DNA of 64,000 nt from Candidatus Latescibacterota bacterium (GCA_965208125.1 OZ242320.1:4832001-4896000), one strand, 5' to 3'. Shown: positions 47,427 to 57,438, counted from the stretch's first letter. The notes: generated by a model not told the origin, from the sequence alone. Made by a program: numbers and translations.

Positions 47427-48049
47427 ATGCTTTGCAGAGACATACCCTCGCTACCCGAATCAATCACTGGTTGATGGCAGCGTGTATTATAGCCCTGTTG
47501 CTGACTGGTTTCTTGCCGATTTTGGGGATCAAGTTTGCGTGGGTGACGCTGCACTGGGTTTCTGGGGTGATTTTTACTGCTTCTGTTCTGTTTCACATTA
47601 TTTATGCCCTGACCCGGCAAGACTGGCGGTCTATGTGGATCGCACGAGGAGAATTTGCAGATGTTCTTTCCTCGTTGTCGGGTTCGATCAAGGCTTTGAA
47701 AGTATCGCCCGGCAAATACTGGCTGATGCAAAAAGTTTATCACCATATTGTGGCGATTATTAGTCTGATTGTCTGTGTGACGGGTATTTTGATGTTGTTT
47801 AAAATAGATTCCCCTTTCTGGACGCGCGATCCTTATGTTTTTTCAGGTGAAAGCTGGGGTATTATTTATGTTTTGCACGATTTTTCGGGTCTGTGTTTTA
47901 TTCCGCTGATTATGATGCATGTTTATTTTGCGATACGTCCAGAGAAACTTTTTTATACGCGATCGATGATTAAAGGATGGATTACAGACGAAGAATATCG
48001 CGCACATCACGATCCAGAGAAGTGGGATGCTAAAAGAAAAGGCGCATAA
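47423..48049 (+). CDS. Di-haem cytochrome b subunit (FdnI/HyaC-like)
   Basis: RHTLATRINHW, LHW, QKVYH, LHD, MHVYFA, SMIKGW....Y...H. Confidence 0.88.
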   Translation: MNALQRHTLATRINHWLMAACIIALLLTGFLPILGIKFAWVTLHWVSGVIFTASVLFHIIYALTRQDWRSMWIARGEFADVLSSLSGSIKALKVSPGKYWLMQKVYHHIVAIISLIVCVTGILMLFKIDSPFWTRDPYVFSGESWGIIYVLHDFSGLCFIPLIMMHVYFAIRPEKLFYTRSMIKGWITDEEYRAHHDPEKWDAKRKGA

Positions 48050-48052
48050 CGC

Positions 48053-48433
48053 ATGGCAGATGTTTTCTCAGAGTGGGCGCAACATATTGAAGCGATTGAG
48101 TCGGGTTATGAATTGATGCTGGCTTATGCCGCACAGGGAATAGAAGGGGGAGGTGATTCAGACTCTCAGATACGACACGCGCTAAAAGAGATGAATAACG
48201 CGCTCGATAACCTGGAAGAATCTGGAGCGCGTATCGCAAGAGAAAGAGGACTTGCGGATTATCGAGATTTTTTGGACGAGATGAATGCCGATGCGAAAAG
48301 AGCGCAGGCGGGCATTAAACTCGTTCTGGGCAAGCCAGCCATCAGTTCCCAGTTGATCGATAACTTAAATGCCTCTATCCATTTGCGTACACTGCTGACC
48401 GATCTGTTTTTAATTGACGAGGCTTTAAAATAA
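48053..48433 (+). CDS. Hypothetical helical protein, last gene of the Mo-hydroxylase operon
   Basis: 126-aa ORF starting 3 nt after cytochrome b. IESGYELMLAYAAQG...SSQLIDNLNASIHLRTLLTDLFL. Confidence 0.75.
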   Translation: MADVFSEWAQHIEAIESGYELMLAYAAQGIEGGGDSDSQIRHALKEMNNALDNLEESGARIARERGLADYRDFLDEMNADAKRAQAGIKLVLGKPAISSQLIDNLNASIHLRTLLTDLFLIDEALK

Positions 48434-48463
48434 TAAAAGGGGTGCGCTTCAGGGATTCCGATT

Positions 48464-50974
48464 ATGGTTCAAATTCTACGTAAGGATCATCCCCGGCTGT
48501 ATCATCCAGTCGATGATCCGGATTACAGGTTCGACCCGCCGGAGGATGCGGCGAGAAAACGAATCCTTAAGAATATTCTCGCAGATTGCGAGATTTTTTA
48601 TTTTCAGCGTCCGTGGAAACGGATTCCCGAACGGCCTCACAGTCCACATCCGTACCACCAACTATACCTGACGTTCTATACGGGGATGCACGCAACTGCG
48701 CTGATAGAGCATTACGCGTTCGCCTGGCGGCTGACGGGGGATCCGCGCTGGTTGAAACGGGCGAGAGATTGGTTGCGCGCGGCGGTGGAATGGGAGCATA
48801 GTGACAAGATAGAAGAGCATTTTTATACGGCCAACCGATATATGCAGGCGTTTGCGCTGGCGCTGGATCTGCTCGACAAAGCGTTGCCCGACGTAGAAAA
48901 AAAACAGGCGACCGCGTGTCTGGTTCAGATGATGAGCCGCTGGTGGCCAGATGTGGAGCGGAACCGATACTCATCGGATGGACGACACCACGCCGTGGTT
49001 GACAACGGGCATTTTGGCGTGGCGGCTTTGTATTTGTTGGGAAAACATCCCGATGCAGAAGCCTGGTTGTCGGCCGTGATCGATCGGTTTCGCAGCGGGG
49101 TGATGCCCTATGGCTGCGGGCGAGACGGCGCACCGGGCGACGGGCCTGCGTTCTGGCCGTGGGAAAATTTGTGGATGCTTCACTTCGCCGACGCGCTGCA
49201 CAATGTGACGGGGGAAGATCTGTATAAGGCGTTTCCGAAACGATTGGAGCGGCCTTTGACGTGGTTTCGGTATCATCTGGCACCGCCGCCAGTGATCGAA
49301 GACAGGCTGTATTACCCGGAAAATTCAAATGTTATTTCGGGCAGCCAGCTAAATGCGTGTTCGGTGCCCCTCCTTCGGCTGGCGCAGGAGGCTGGAGACG
49401 CCGAGATGCGGGACATAGCACTCGGCGATCCGAGACTGGGACGGCTCTACCGGTTTGGGATGGGAGTGAAGGGTACAACGGCGGAATGTATGATCGCATA
49501 CGCTCCGTACGCTTATTGTTATTGCGATCCTGAGTTCCGGCCGTCGAGTCGCAAGATTGTATTGCCGCTTTCAAAGAAATTTACCCGAATGCACTACGGA
49601 GAGACCGGATTGCTGCGCAGCGGATGGGACAGGGACGCTGTGGTCTGTTGCGTGTCGGGATACAAAGGCGGGAGCGCACATGGGTTTATGAACTTACACG
49701 TGCAATGGGGCGGATATCCGATTCTGAAGACGATTTCTGCGGAAGAGTCCCAGCCGGTGGCCTGTGGGAGTCTCCCGTTCACAGGCGGGCAAAACGAAAT
49801 CGTCGCATTTTTGAGGCAACTGGATACAGCAGCACCGTTTGAACGGTTGCGCGTGCGGTCCATTCGAACAGATCATGAATACTGGCTGTTGAAAGGGACT
49901 TTTCCGATCCTTGTAACAGCACTGAGACGCCGGAGACGAGGTGTAAGAATGATGCGAAATAGGGGGGAGGGATTCGTGCGATTGAATGGTCGTGATTATC
50001 TGCAGTACGAAAGAGCACCTTATTTTAATCCCAGGGCAGGTGAATTGCGAATGCGCTTCCGGTTAAACGGCGAGAGTAGAAAAGAAGGACCAGAGGTTTT
50101 GTTTAATACGGGAATCGGTGTGGGAAGGGTCATGGGAAGCCGGGTAAATAATTATTCGCTGGCAATAATGGACGGGGACGCGCTGACATTTGTTGTGCAG
50201 AGCCAGCGAAATACGTCGGTAGAGGTCGTCTCATCGATGAAAATTGAACCCGACAGATGGCATGATGCGGTTATCCGATGGGGCGGGTTCAACCGGTCGG
50301 GAGATAATCCGTTTATTGAAATCGATGTGGATGGGTGCAGGAACAGGTGCGACGACCGCGCGATTTTCGGTGAACTGGATCTGGATTCGCAGAATCTGCA
50401 GTCGCGTGCGGAACCGAGGACATTTTACATCAAGTCGAATACGGTGCTGGCGTTTGGGGGCGCAGTGCAGATGCCTGGAACGGGGGTGAAATGCGACCTT
50501 GACAGGGTAGATCTGAAATGCCCAGGACGCAGGCAGTTGCTGTTGGATTTTGAGACGGATCTGGGTCCAGAAACCGGAAATGGCGCGCTGGGCTGGAAGT
50601 TGAATCCGGTAGATTTGAGGCAGGTCCGGGGAAAACAGGCGCATTTTGGTGCGGGTGGACGATCAATCAATGCGTTGCTTCTTTACGGAGAGGATGCCTA
50701 TTTTGAGAGGGAGGAGGTGCCTTTCGCGCCTTCTGGACTGGCGGCGGGAAGTCTGACGAGTTTTGTCCCAGGGGCGCGGGATGCGAACACGCGGGTGCTG
50801 CTATCGACCCTCGGAGATATTCTGGTTTTTGCTTTTGCAGAGCGCCAGGCAAATGCGCGTGTAGTACAGAACGAGAATGGATTCGAGATTGGTGTTGAGA
50901 AAGAGCGGTACGGGTTTGACGCGAATACAAGGGGAGAAGAGATCCTCACCCTGCGCTCAGCCGTAATGGAGTAA
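48464..50974 (+). CDS. Heparinase II/III-like (alpha/alpha toroid plus beta-sandwich) lyase-like protein with LamG-like insert
   Basis: YAFAWRLTGD..W...A..W, HH, DGA..DG..FW, LLRSGW, and WHDAVIRW...IDVDG (LamG-like). Confidence 0.6.
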   Translation: MVQILRKDHPRLYHPVDDPDYRFDPPEDAARKRILKNILADCEIFYFQRPWKRIPERPHSPHPYHQLYLTFYTGMHATALIEHYAFAWRLTGDPRWLKRARDWLRAAVEWEHSDKIEEHFYTANRYMQAFALALDLLDKALPDVEKKQATACLVQMMSRWWPDVERNRYSSDGRHHAVVDNGHFGVAALYLLGKHPDAEAWLSAVIDRFRSGVMPYGCGRDGAPGDGPAFWPWENLWMLHFADALHNVTGEDLYKAFPKRLERPLTWFRYHLAPPPVIEDRLYYPENSNVISGSQLNACSVPLLRLAQEAGDAEMRDIALGDPRLGRLYRFGMGVKGTTAECMIAYAPYAYCYCDPEFRPSSRKIVLPLSKKFTRMHYGETGLLRSGWDRDAVVCCVSGYKGGSAHGFMNLHVQWGGYPILKTISAEESQPVACGSLPFTGGQNEIVAFLRQLDTAAPFERLRVRSIRTDHEYWLLKGTFPILVTALRRRRRGVRMMRNRGEGFVRLNGRDYLQYERAPYFNPRAGELRMRFRLNGESRKEGPEVLFNTGIGVGRVMGSRVNNYSLAIMDGDALTFVVQSQRNTSVEVVSSMKIEPDRWHDAVIRWGGFNRSGDNPFIEIDVDGCRNRCDDRAIFGELDLDSQNLQSRAEPRTFYIKSNTVLAFGGAVQMPGTGVKCDLDRVDLKCPGRRQLLLDFETDLGPETGNGALGWKLNPVDLRQVRGKQAHFGAGGRSINALLLYGEDAYFEREEVPFAPSGLAAGSLTSFVPGARDANTRVLLSTLGDILVFAFAERQANARVVQNENGFEIGVEKERYGFDANTRGEEILTLRSAVME

Positions 50975-51051
50975 CGGATATCTCCCTGTATAGATGGAGT
51001 ATATAAAGGTCGTGAATAGATGACTCACGGTCTTTTTTTAAATATTGCCTA

Positions 51052-51882
51052 TCAGGGGCACTCGCCGCGTGTGAGTCTGCTCTGGATGTCGTCTAATACA
51101 GCCGGCACGTCCCAGATGCCATCGACGACATAGTGTGCACCTGCCTGGTGCATGCGCTGATATACAGTCTCGAGTTGTGTTTGCAGGACTTCGGGATCAA
51201 GGCTATTGATTTCTTCTTCGTTTAGACCGATTTCATTTCCTGTTTTTGCAAGGCCAATAGTCCACATACCGGCATTGAGGCCCTCTTCGATACCGGGGAT
51301 CGTGTCATCGACTTTAACACAGGCTGCAAAGGGGTACACGCCCAGTTGCAGGGCATTTTGGACACACATCCAGGGGGCTGGGCGGCCTTCGGGGACGTCG
51401 GTCGCACATACGGTTGCGTCGGGTTCGTAACCTCGTTTTTTGGCTTCTTCCTGCAATAGTGCCATCATTTCGCCTGTATATCCAGTAGTTGATCCTATTT
51501 TTAATCCGCGCTTGCGAAACTCGGCAACTGCTTCCAGTGTACCGGGAATCAAGTCGGCGTATTCAGCCAGACAACTCAGTTGCAAGGGCACAAATGCTTC
51601 AAACATCTCATCAATATCCGATTCCTCCGGTGGTCGATTGTAGGTATCTTCCCAGCGCTGGTGTACAGATTCGATTTGAGATATCTTTCGGATGTGGACT
51701 TTTTTATGCGCTCCCATTGGCGCGCGCGCCTCGGCCATGCTGATAGGCACTCGCATGCGTTCGTACACCTGGCGGAAGACCACAGCCGGCGCGTAACATC
51801 CGTAATCCATCGTGGTTCCCGCCCAATCTAAAAAAATGGCTTTTAGCGCACCGCGATATGTACGTCGAAAATTAAAATCCAT
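51052..51882 (-). CDS. phnX: Phosphonoacetaldehyde hydrolase (phosphonatase)
   Basis: HAD motif DWAGTTMDYGC.AP, Schiff-base PMG..K..HIR, GRPAPWM, KVDDT..GIEEGLNAGMW. Confidence 0.96.
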   Translation of the reverse strand: MDFNFRRTYRGALKAIFLDWAGTTMDYGCYAPAVVFRQVYERMRVPISMAEARAPMGAHKKVHIRKISQIESVHQRWEDTYNRPPEESDIDEMFEAFVPLQLSCLAEYADLIPGTLEAVAEFRKRGLKIGSTTGYTGEMMALLQEEAKKRGYEPDATVCATDVPEGRPAPWMCVQNALQLGVYPFAACVKVDDTIPGIEEGLNAGMWTIGLAKTGNEIGLNEEEINSLDPEVLQTQLETVYQRMHQAGAHYVVDGIWDVPAVLDDIQSRLTRGECP

Positions 51883-51914
51883 TTTCTGTCCTTTCTGATT
51901 TATTGGCGAAATGA

Positions 51915-53063
51915 GTGAATCGTCTCGTGAAACAGATTACCTGCATGGCACCCGGGGCTATTGAGACTGTGCCGTCTTTGTTAGATGACAGAGCCGTGCG
52001 GTCTGTTTTTGTGGTGGCTGATCGCACAGCCTACGATAAATCCGGTGCAAAAATATATCTGAAATCCGCATTACAGGGGCGCATCCATACCATCTTTGAT
52101 GATTTTGCACCTAATCCCAAATACGCCGATGTGATACGCGGTGTCAAATTATGGCACGCACATCCATGTGATATGATGATTGCCATAGGTGGCGGATCTG
52201 CAATTGATTTGGCCAAGCTCATTGGCATTTGCGGTACACATCGCGGGCAATACCGCGAACTTCTTACAGGGAATATACCGATTCGGGATAAGGTCGCACC
52301 ATTAATCGCCATTCCCACCACAGCGGGTACGGGGAGTGAAGCGACACATTTTGCTGTGGTTTATGTCGAGGAACAAAAATATTCCGTTGCACACGCCAAT
52401 GTGTTGCCCGACTACGCAATTATCGATCCCAATCTAACGGCCAATTTGCCACCTTCTATTACCGCACATACTGGCCTGGACGCACTGTCACAGGCTGTTG
52501 AATCTTTGTGGAGTGTGAATGCAACCGCGCAATCGCGTGTTTTTGCAAGCGAGGCTCTGGAACTGGTGCTCGATAATCTCGAGGCCGCTGTTCACCATCC
52601 CACGCCCGATGTACGCGCTAATATGTGTCGCGCAGCCCATCTATCTGGCAAAGCGATCAATATCAGCAAGACCACAGCGCCTCACGCGATTTCCTATACG
52701 CTCACATCTCAATTTGGCGTGCCTCACGGTTTGGCTGTGGCTCTGACATTGGGTGCCCTTTTAATATACAACAATGGGGTAGTCAGTGGTGATTGTTGGC
52801 ATCCCAAAGGTGTTGCTCAAGTTCAGAAAGACATCAGAGAGATCAACAGGCTGATAGGGGTTGAGAACTCTGAAGAAGCGAGAAAACACATTGATGATCT
52901 CATCAGCGCCATTGGTTGTCCGACCCATCTGCGACAGGTCGGTGTGGCTACCGATGCAGATCTGGAAATACTTGTGCAGAATGTCAATACGGAACGTCTA
53001 AAAAACAATCCCCGCGCCCTGTCGCAGTTTGAGCTAAGATGGATACTCAAAGAAATCCATTAG
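51915..53063 (+). CDS. Iron-containing alcohol dehydrogenase, phosphonoacetaldehyde reductase / hydroxyethylphosphonate dehydrogenase-like
   Basis: GGGSAIDLAK, PTTAGTGSEATHFAV.Y....KYS, GLDALSQAVESLWSV, GKAINISKTTAPHAISY, HG, N.ERL.NNP. The start may be ATG 51945. Confidence 0.8.
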   Translation: MNRLVKQITCMAPGAIETVPSLLDDRAVRSVFVVADRTAYDKSGAKIYLKSALQGRIHTIFDDFAPNPKYADVIRGVKLWHAHPCDMMIAIGGGSAIDLAKLIGICGTHRGQYRELLTGNIPIRDKVAPLIAIPTTAGTGSEATHFAVVYVEEQKYSVAHANVLPDYAIIDPNLTANLPPSITAHTGLDALSQAVESLWSVNATAQSRVFASEALELVLDNLEAAVHHPTPDVRANMCRAAHLSGKAINISKTTAPHAISYTLTSQFGVPHGLAVALTLGALLIYNNGVVSGDCWHPKGVAQVQKDIREINRLIGVENSEEARKHIDDLISAIGCPTHLRQVGVATDADLEILVQNVNTERLKNNPRALSQFELRWILKEIH

Positions 53064-53152
53064 AGGTATTATGGCAGAGGCTTTAAGAGAGGTCGAGACA
53101 GCACGCGATCGCCCAGATACGGTCACTCCGAGCAGTGGGTAAGATACGCTTT

Positions 53153-54556
53153 TTAGACAGTAAATTCTGGCCGGCCGAGAGCGTCAGTGGAGTTTTGTCG
53201 CTGGTAGATGGGGATCTCACCGCCAGCGTCTTCGAGAATACGGTGTTTTGCCCGTTTGATTCTATCTGCTGCTCTTTCGGCAATGTTCTGGGTGCAGTCC
53301 GGGTCTGATTCCAGGTCGAAGACGCGTGGACCAGAAAAGTCCCCCTGAGAAAAGAACCATGTGGTATTGTCTTTGTACCAGACGGAATTGCCGTATCGGC
53401 ATGTTAGATAGTCTCGCTCGCTGAAGGTTCCCGAGGATTCAACGATGGGTAGCAGGCTCTGTCCGTCGATTTGTCCAATCGGTGAGACGCCGGAAATGTC
53501 GAGCACTGTTGCGGGTATATCGAGGGTATAGACAAAGGCGTCGGATATGCTTCCGACGCCTTTGTTTTGTGGGTGTCGCAAGATCATCGGGATGCACATG
53601 GTACCCGGATACATGTAGTCTGCGGGTTTGCCAATTATGCCTTCGGCATTGTCGGCGAAATTTGTGCCGTGGTCGCTCAGAAAAATGACCATGGTATTGT
53701 CGTGCAATCCCACTCTGTCGATTGTATCGACCAGCCGTCCAAACCAGGTATCCACCATTGTGACGAGTCCGGCGTAGTTGGCGCGAATAGAAGCGAGTCG
53801 ATCTTCGTAGTCGGGATTGGCGCTCAAGGGACCATAAGGTACATTGAGACAGATGGGTACTCTATCTTCGCGGCTACCATACAGATCGTAGTAGTGGAGC
53901 GGTGCTTCCCATGTTTCGTGGGGGGTGAAGCTATCGACGTAGAGATAAAAGGGTGCGTTTGAAGCGTTTTGCTCCAGAAACTCAATGGCAGCGCGAAACG
54001 TCCGCGCAGCGGGCCAGGTCTCTTCGGGACGCTGGGGTTGCACATTGACCAGGTGGGCGCGGATCAGATTCTGAGGCTGTCCTTCTCTGAGTTTATAGCA
54101 TTCGATCAATGCCGGGTCTGCTGCGGCTATGGCGCGATAGCGGTCCTCTGCCTGGCCGCGAATGAATTGCCATTGGCGGAAGCCCCGGATAAAATTCATT
54201 CCAGGGACAAAGTAATGGGGGACATCGGCAAAGAAACCGGTGTGATAACCAGCCTGGACCAGTGCTTCGGCGATTGTACCCTCATCACCCGACATGGGCT
54301 GCCATCCGGCGAGATAGACATTATCCCAGGGAACGGGACTATAGTCTTTGAAGGGGAAGGCTCTGCGACCGGTGTGAAGGGTTCGCCGCGTCGGAATGGT
54401 GGGCAGGCACTCGGGATGGGCATTGGTGAAGCGCACGCCCTCTTCGGCAAATTGGTCGAGGTTTGGCGTGTGGATCCAGTCGTTTCCATAAGCGCCCAGG
54501 AATGAGGTGCGAAACGTATCGGCCACTATAACGACGATGTTCATAGGGTCTGACAT
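53153..54556 (-). CDS. Sulfatase-like hydrolase (Thr at the formylglycine position), paralog of 9722-11128
   Basis: DTFR, PTIPTRR.LHTG, TPHETW, SDHG. Confidence 0.85.
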   Translation of the reverse strand: MSDPMNIVVIVADTFRTSFLGAYGNDWIHTPNLDQFAEEGVRFTNAHPECLPTIPTRRTLHTGRRAFPFKDYSPVPWDNVYLAGWQPMSGDEGTIAEALVQAGYHTGFFADVPHYFVPGMNFIRGFRQWQFIRGQAEDRYRAIAAADPALIECYKLREGQPQNLIRAHLVNVQPQRPEETWPAARTFRAAIEFLEQNASNAPFYLYVDSFTPHETWEAPLHYYDLYGSREDRVPICLNVPYGPLSANPDYEDRLASIRANYAGLVTMVDTWFGRLVDTIDRVGLHDNTMVIFLSDHGTNFADNAEGIIGKPADYMYPGTMCIPMILRHPQNKGVGSISDAFVYTLDIPATVLDISGVSPIGQIDGQSLLPIVESSGTFSERDYLTCRYGNSVWYKDNTTWFFSQGDFSGPRVFDLESDPDCTQNIAERAADRIKRAKHRILEDAGGEIPIYQRQNSTDALGRPEFTV

Positions 54557-54625
54557 TGGGATCTCCTTTGAGAAAAGCAGTGTGTAAGTGTATTAAAACT
54601 ATATTTATCCAAGAGTATTTTATAG

Positions 54626-55648
54626 CTATTCATTTCCCCAGGGGTATGATTCCACTCGTAGAGATCGATCCACATCTGACAAAGCGATTTTCGCCCCCCC
54701 TTGCTTCGAGGAGTGATGGATGGCAAATCCTATCTCTGTGGCCCTGCGTGCATGATTGATGTCACAGGCCGTGCGATCACCCGTTTCGATAGCTTGCACG
54801 AGGTCGCGCACCATTGCAGGTCCCGTCGGCCACGGGTCTTTGTCTGTAGGAAGACTGAGGGACTGGTAAGTATCTTCTCGGCAGAGATGGGCGTGCGTTG
54901 CGTCAGAGAGGATGGATAGATGCCCTTTTTTTCCTGTGATTTGAAAACTGGGACCTTTGCCGCCATCCATTGTGATGTAGGCGACTACGCCGTTATCCAG
55001 ACCAATTTGAGCACGCGCAGGTGGGTCGAGTTTGCGGCGTTCATCGTCTGAATCGCCGTGGTCAATCAAGCCACTGACCCATAGGGGTTCAGGATCGCCC
55101 AATAAGCCCAGCAAGGCGTCGTACCAATGACAACCGTGGTTGATTGTGTTGGGCAGGCCATAAGCGACGAGACTCGTGATGGTTCCAATGAGATCACTCT
55201 TGTTCTCGCGAAGGTGGCGATAGGGGAGAGACCAGCGCCGGTCAAGGCCAAAGCAGAGGGGGATATCTGTACACGCAGATATAATGCGATCCATCTCTGC
55301 AAGGGTGGTTGTCAGGGGTTTGTCGCAGAGGATGCCCCGAACGCGTGCTGCGGCAGCGGCCTCGATCTGATCTGCGTGCATGGTCTGGCGCGTGGCAATG
55401 CAGAGTACATCCGGTTTGATCTCTTTGAGCATGTGTTCATAGTCACCAAAGGTTGGGATATCGCCCCAAACATCCCGCCAGCAGGTGACAAATTCCGCTC
55501 GCGTTTCCGCGCCGTAATCGAATACACCAACGATCTCAGTTTCCGGAATGGCTCGAAAAGCCGCGGCAAAATTGTGATGGGTCAAATCGTGTAGCAACAT
55601 GCGGTGGCAACCCGCAACAGCGACCCTCAGTGTGTTTTCTTTGGCCAT
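54626..55648 (-). CDS. Gfo/Idh/MocA family oxidoreductase
   Basis: LRVAVAGC, ILCDKP, NHGCHWYD. Start ATG 55648 after AGGAGG. Confidence 0.85.
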   Translation of the reverse strand: MAKENTLRVAVAGCHRMLLHDLTHHNFAAAFRAIPETEIVGVFDYGAETRAEFVTCWRDVWGDIPTFGDYEHMLKEIKPDVLCIATRQTMHADQIEAAAAARVRGILCDKPLTTTLAEMDRIISACTDIPLCFGLDRRWSLPYRHLRENKSDLIGTITSLVAYGLPNTINHGCHWYDALLGLLGDPEPLWVSGLIDHGDSDDERRKLDPPARAQIGLDNGVVAYITMDGGKGPSFQITGKKGHLSILSDATHAHLCREDTYQSLSLPTDKDPWPTGPAMVRDLVQAIETGDRTACDINHARRATEIGFAIHHSSKQGGAKIALSDVDRSLRVESYPWGNE

Positions 55649-55835
55649 CTCTATGGTCCTCCTGTAAACTATTTTGATTATTGAAACCCAAAGTAACATA
55701 TCCAGCGACAAGAGTAAAGAACTGAAACACTGCGAATGTCCAAACGAGATTCAAGACTTGCCCTACCTATGATTTTGCTTATTTTTTTATACAATATATT
55801 TCAGAAGCAATCACCTCAATATTTGGAGTATTAAT

Positions 55836-56276
55836 ATGGCGATTAAACAGCTTGAACCCGGAGAAGCAAAAGCCGCGATGGATGAGACGGAAAATTCGAT
55901 TTATCTCGATGTGCGCACGGAAATGGAGTTTGCCCAGGGGCATCCCGAAGGCGCTATCAATATCCCTATTGCGGTCCCCGGCCCAGCGGGCATGGTGCCA
56001 AATCCCGATTTTTTGAATATTGTGCAAAAAACACTACCCGATAAAGAACAGCCCATTTTTTGTGGGTGTCAGAGTGGAATGCGTTCCCAGATGGCCGCGG
56101 ACTTGATGGCGCGGTTGGGGTATTCGAACCTGGCCAATGTTCAAGGAGGCTTTGGTGGAAAAGTCGAAAATGGCGTTCTCGTAGTGGTAGGATGGCGCGA
56201 TTCTAATTTGCCTGTCGAAACCGTTGTCAATGATTCCAATTCTTATGCGAGTATTAAGGCGCGGGCAGAGTCATAG
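55836..56276 (+). CDS. Rhodanese-like domain protein
   Basis: LDVRTEMEFAQGHPEGAINIP, active-site CQSGMRS. Confidence 0.92.
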   Translation: MAIKQLEPGEAKAAMDETENSIYLDVRTEMEFAQGHPEGAINIPIAVPGPAGMVPNPDFLNIVQKTLPDKEQPIFCGCQSGMRSQMAADLMARLGYSNLANVQGGFGGKVENGVLVVVGWRDSNLPVETVVNDSNSYASIKARAES

Positions 56277-56300
56277 CTCGATTATTTCATTTGAAGTAGA

Positions 56301-57386
56301 ATGGAATATAATTCTACTTTTATTTTGTGGCAGAGGCATTTACGGGTGATTAAAGCAAAAAATAAAAAAGCGCCTGAAGCATTTGTTGACATGGCAAATG
56401 TACAGATCGGTAGCCGGGTTCTGGATCTCGGCTGGGAGGGAGATTGTCTCGAATGCTTACAAAAAACAGGTGCTCGGGTGACTTTTGTAGGGGAGGATAT
56501 TCGCGCTGTGCAAAAGGCAGAAGTGCTTCGGATAAACGGGGTGCTCAGTGCAATGCCAGCACAGGTGATTTCCGACGTACGTGTCGTATTTTACAAACCC
56601 GCACAGAGATCTGCCAAAGGTCAGGTATTTGAATGGATTGATCAGGGCTTTCAGGTGCTTGAAATGGGTGGCGCGCTTTATCTGGCAGGTCAGCGAAATC
56701 GCGGCATTAGAAGTTATGCCGCATATTTACAGGCGGTTTTTGGCAATAGCAAACGCGCAGGACGCGTGGGCAGAGTGGAAATTTATAGCGCAAAAAAAGA
56801 GCAGGACGATCCTTGCCAGGCACCGGTTGACAATCGAATGACATTTGAATTGCCCGATTTGCCGGGCAGTCCATACAGCGTTGAAACCCGTGCGGGCGTT
56901 TTTTCACGAGATGGACTCGATAACGGGACGAGATTGCTGATCGACTGTATGGAAGTTCGATCCGCCGACCATGTACTGGACTGGGGATGTGGCTGGGGCG
57001 CACTCGGTATGGTTGCTGCGCGTCTATCTGTAAAAGGCAATGCAACGCTCGTCGATTCGAATATTCGCGCTGTTTCCTGCGCGGAGGAAAATTTGAGGCG
57101 AAATCGGATTTGCAATGCGGTAGCCCGTGTGGGAGATGCTCGCATTTGGGATCGGCGCGAGAAATTCGATCTGATTGTTTCCAACCCGCCCTTCCACGAT
57201 GGCAATACTGCGGCACACCCCCTTATTGAGGGTGCTTTGGGGGCACTGAGACCAGGAGGGCGTTTGATGCTTGTTGTGATGCGTCCAGCAGCGTATTTGA
57301 AACACATTCGCAGGGTTTTTGGACAGGGGAAGATCATGGCGCAAAAAAACGGGTATGTCGTTCTTGAGACCCATATTGGGAACTAA
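56301..57386 (+). CDS. RsmC/RlmG-like class I SAM-dependent methyltransferase
   Basis: GVFSRDGLDNGTRLL, LDWGCGWG, SNPPFH, duplicated MTase fold. Confidence 0.85.
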   Translation: MEYNSTFILWQRHLRVIKAKNKKAPEAFVDMANVQIGSRVLDLGWEGDCLECLQKTGARVTFVGEDIRAVQKAEVLRINGVLSAMPAQVISDVRVVFYKPAQRSAKGQVFEWIDQGFQVLEMGGALYLAGQRNRGIRSYAAYLQAVFGNSKRAGRVGRVEIYSAKKEQDDPCQAPVDNRMTFELPDLPGSPYSVETRAGVFSRDGLDNGTRLLIDCMEVRSADHVLDWGCGWGALGMVAARLSVKGNATLVDSNIRAVSCAEENLRRNRICNAVARVGDARIWDRREKFDLIVSNPPFHDGNTAAHPLIEGALGALRPGGRLMLVVMRPAAYLKHIRRVFGQGKIMAQKNGYVVLETHIGN

Positions 57387-57438
57387 TGTATCACACAGGC
57401 GTTTATCGCAATGAAGTATAAGGTCTGATAGTTGGTCA

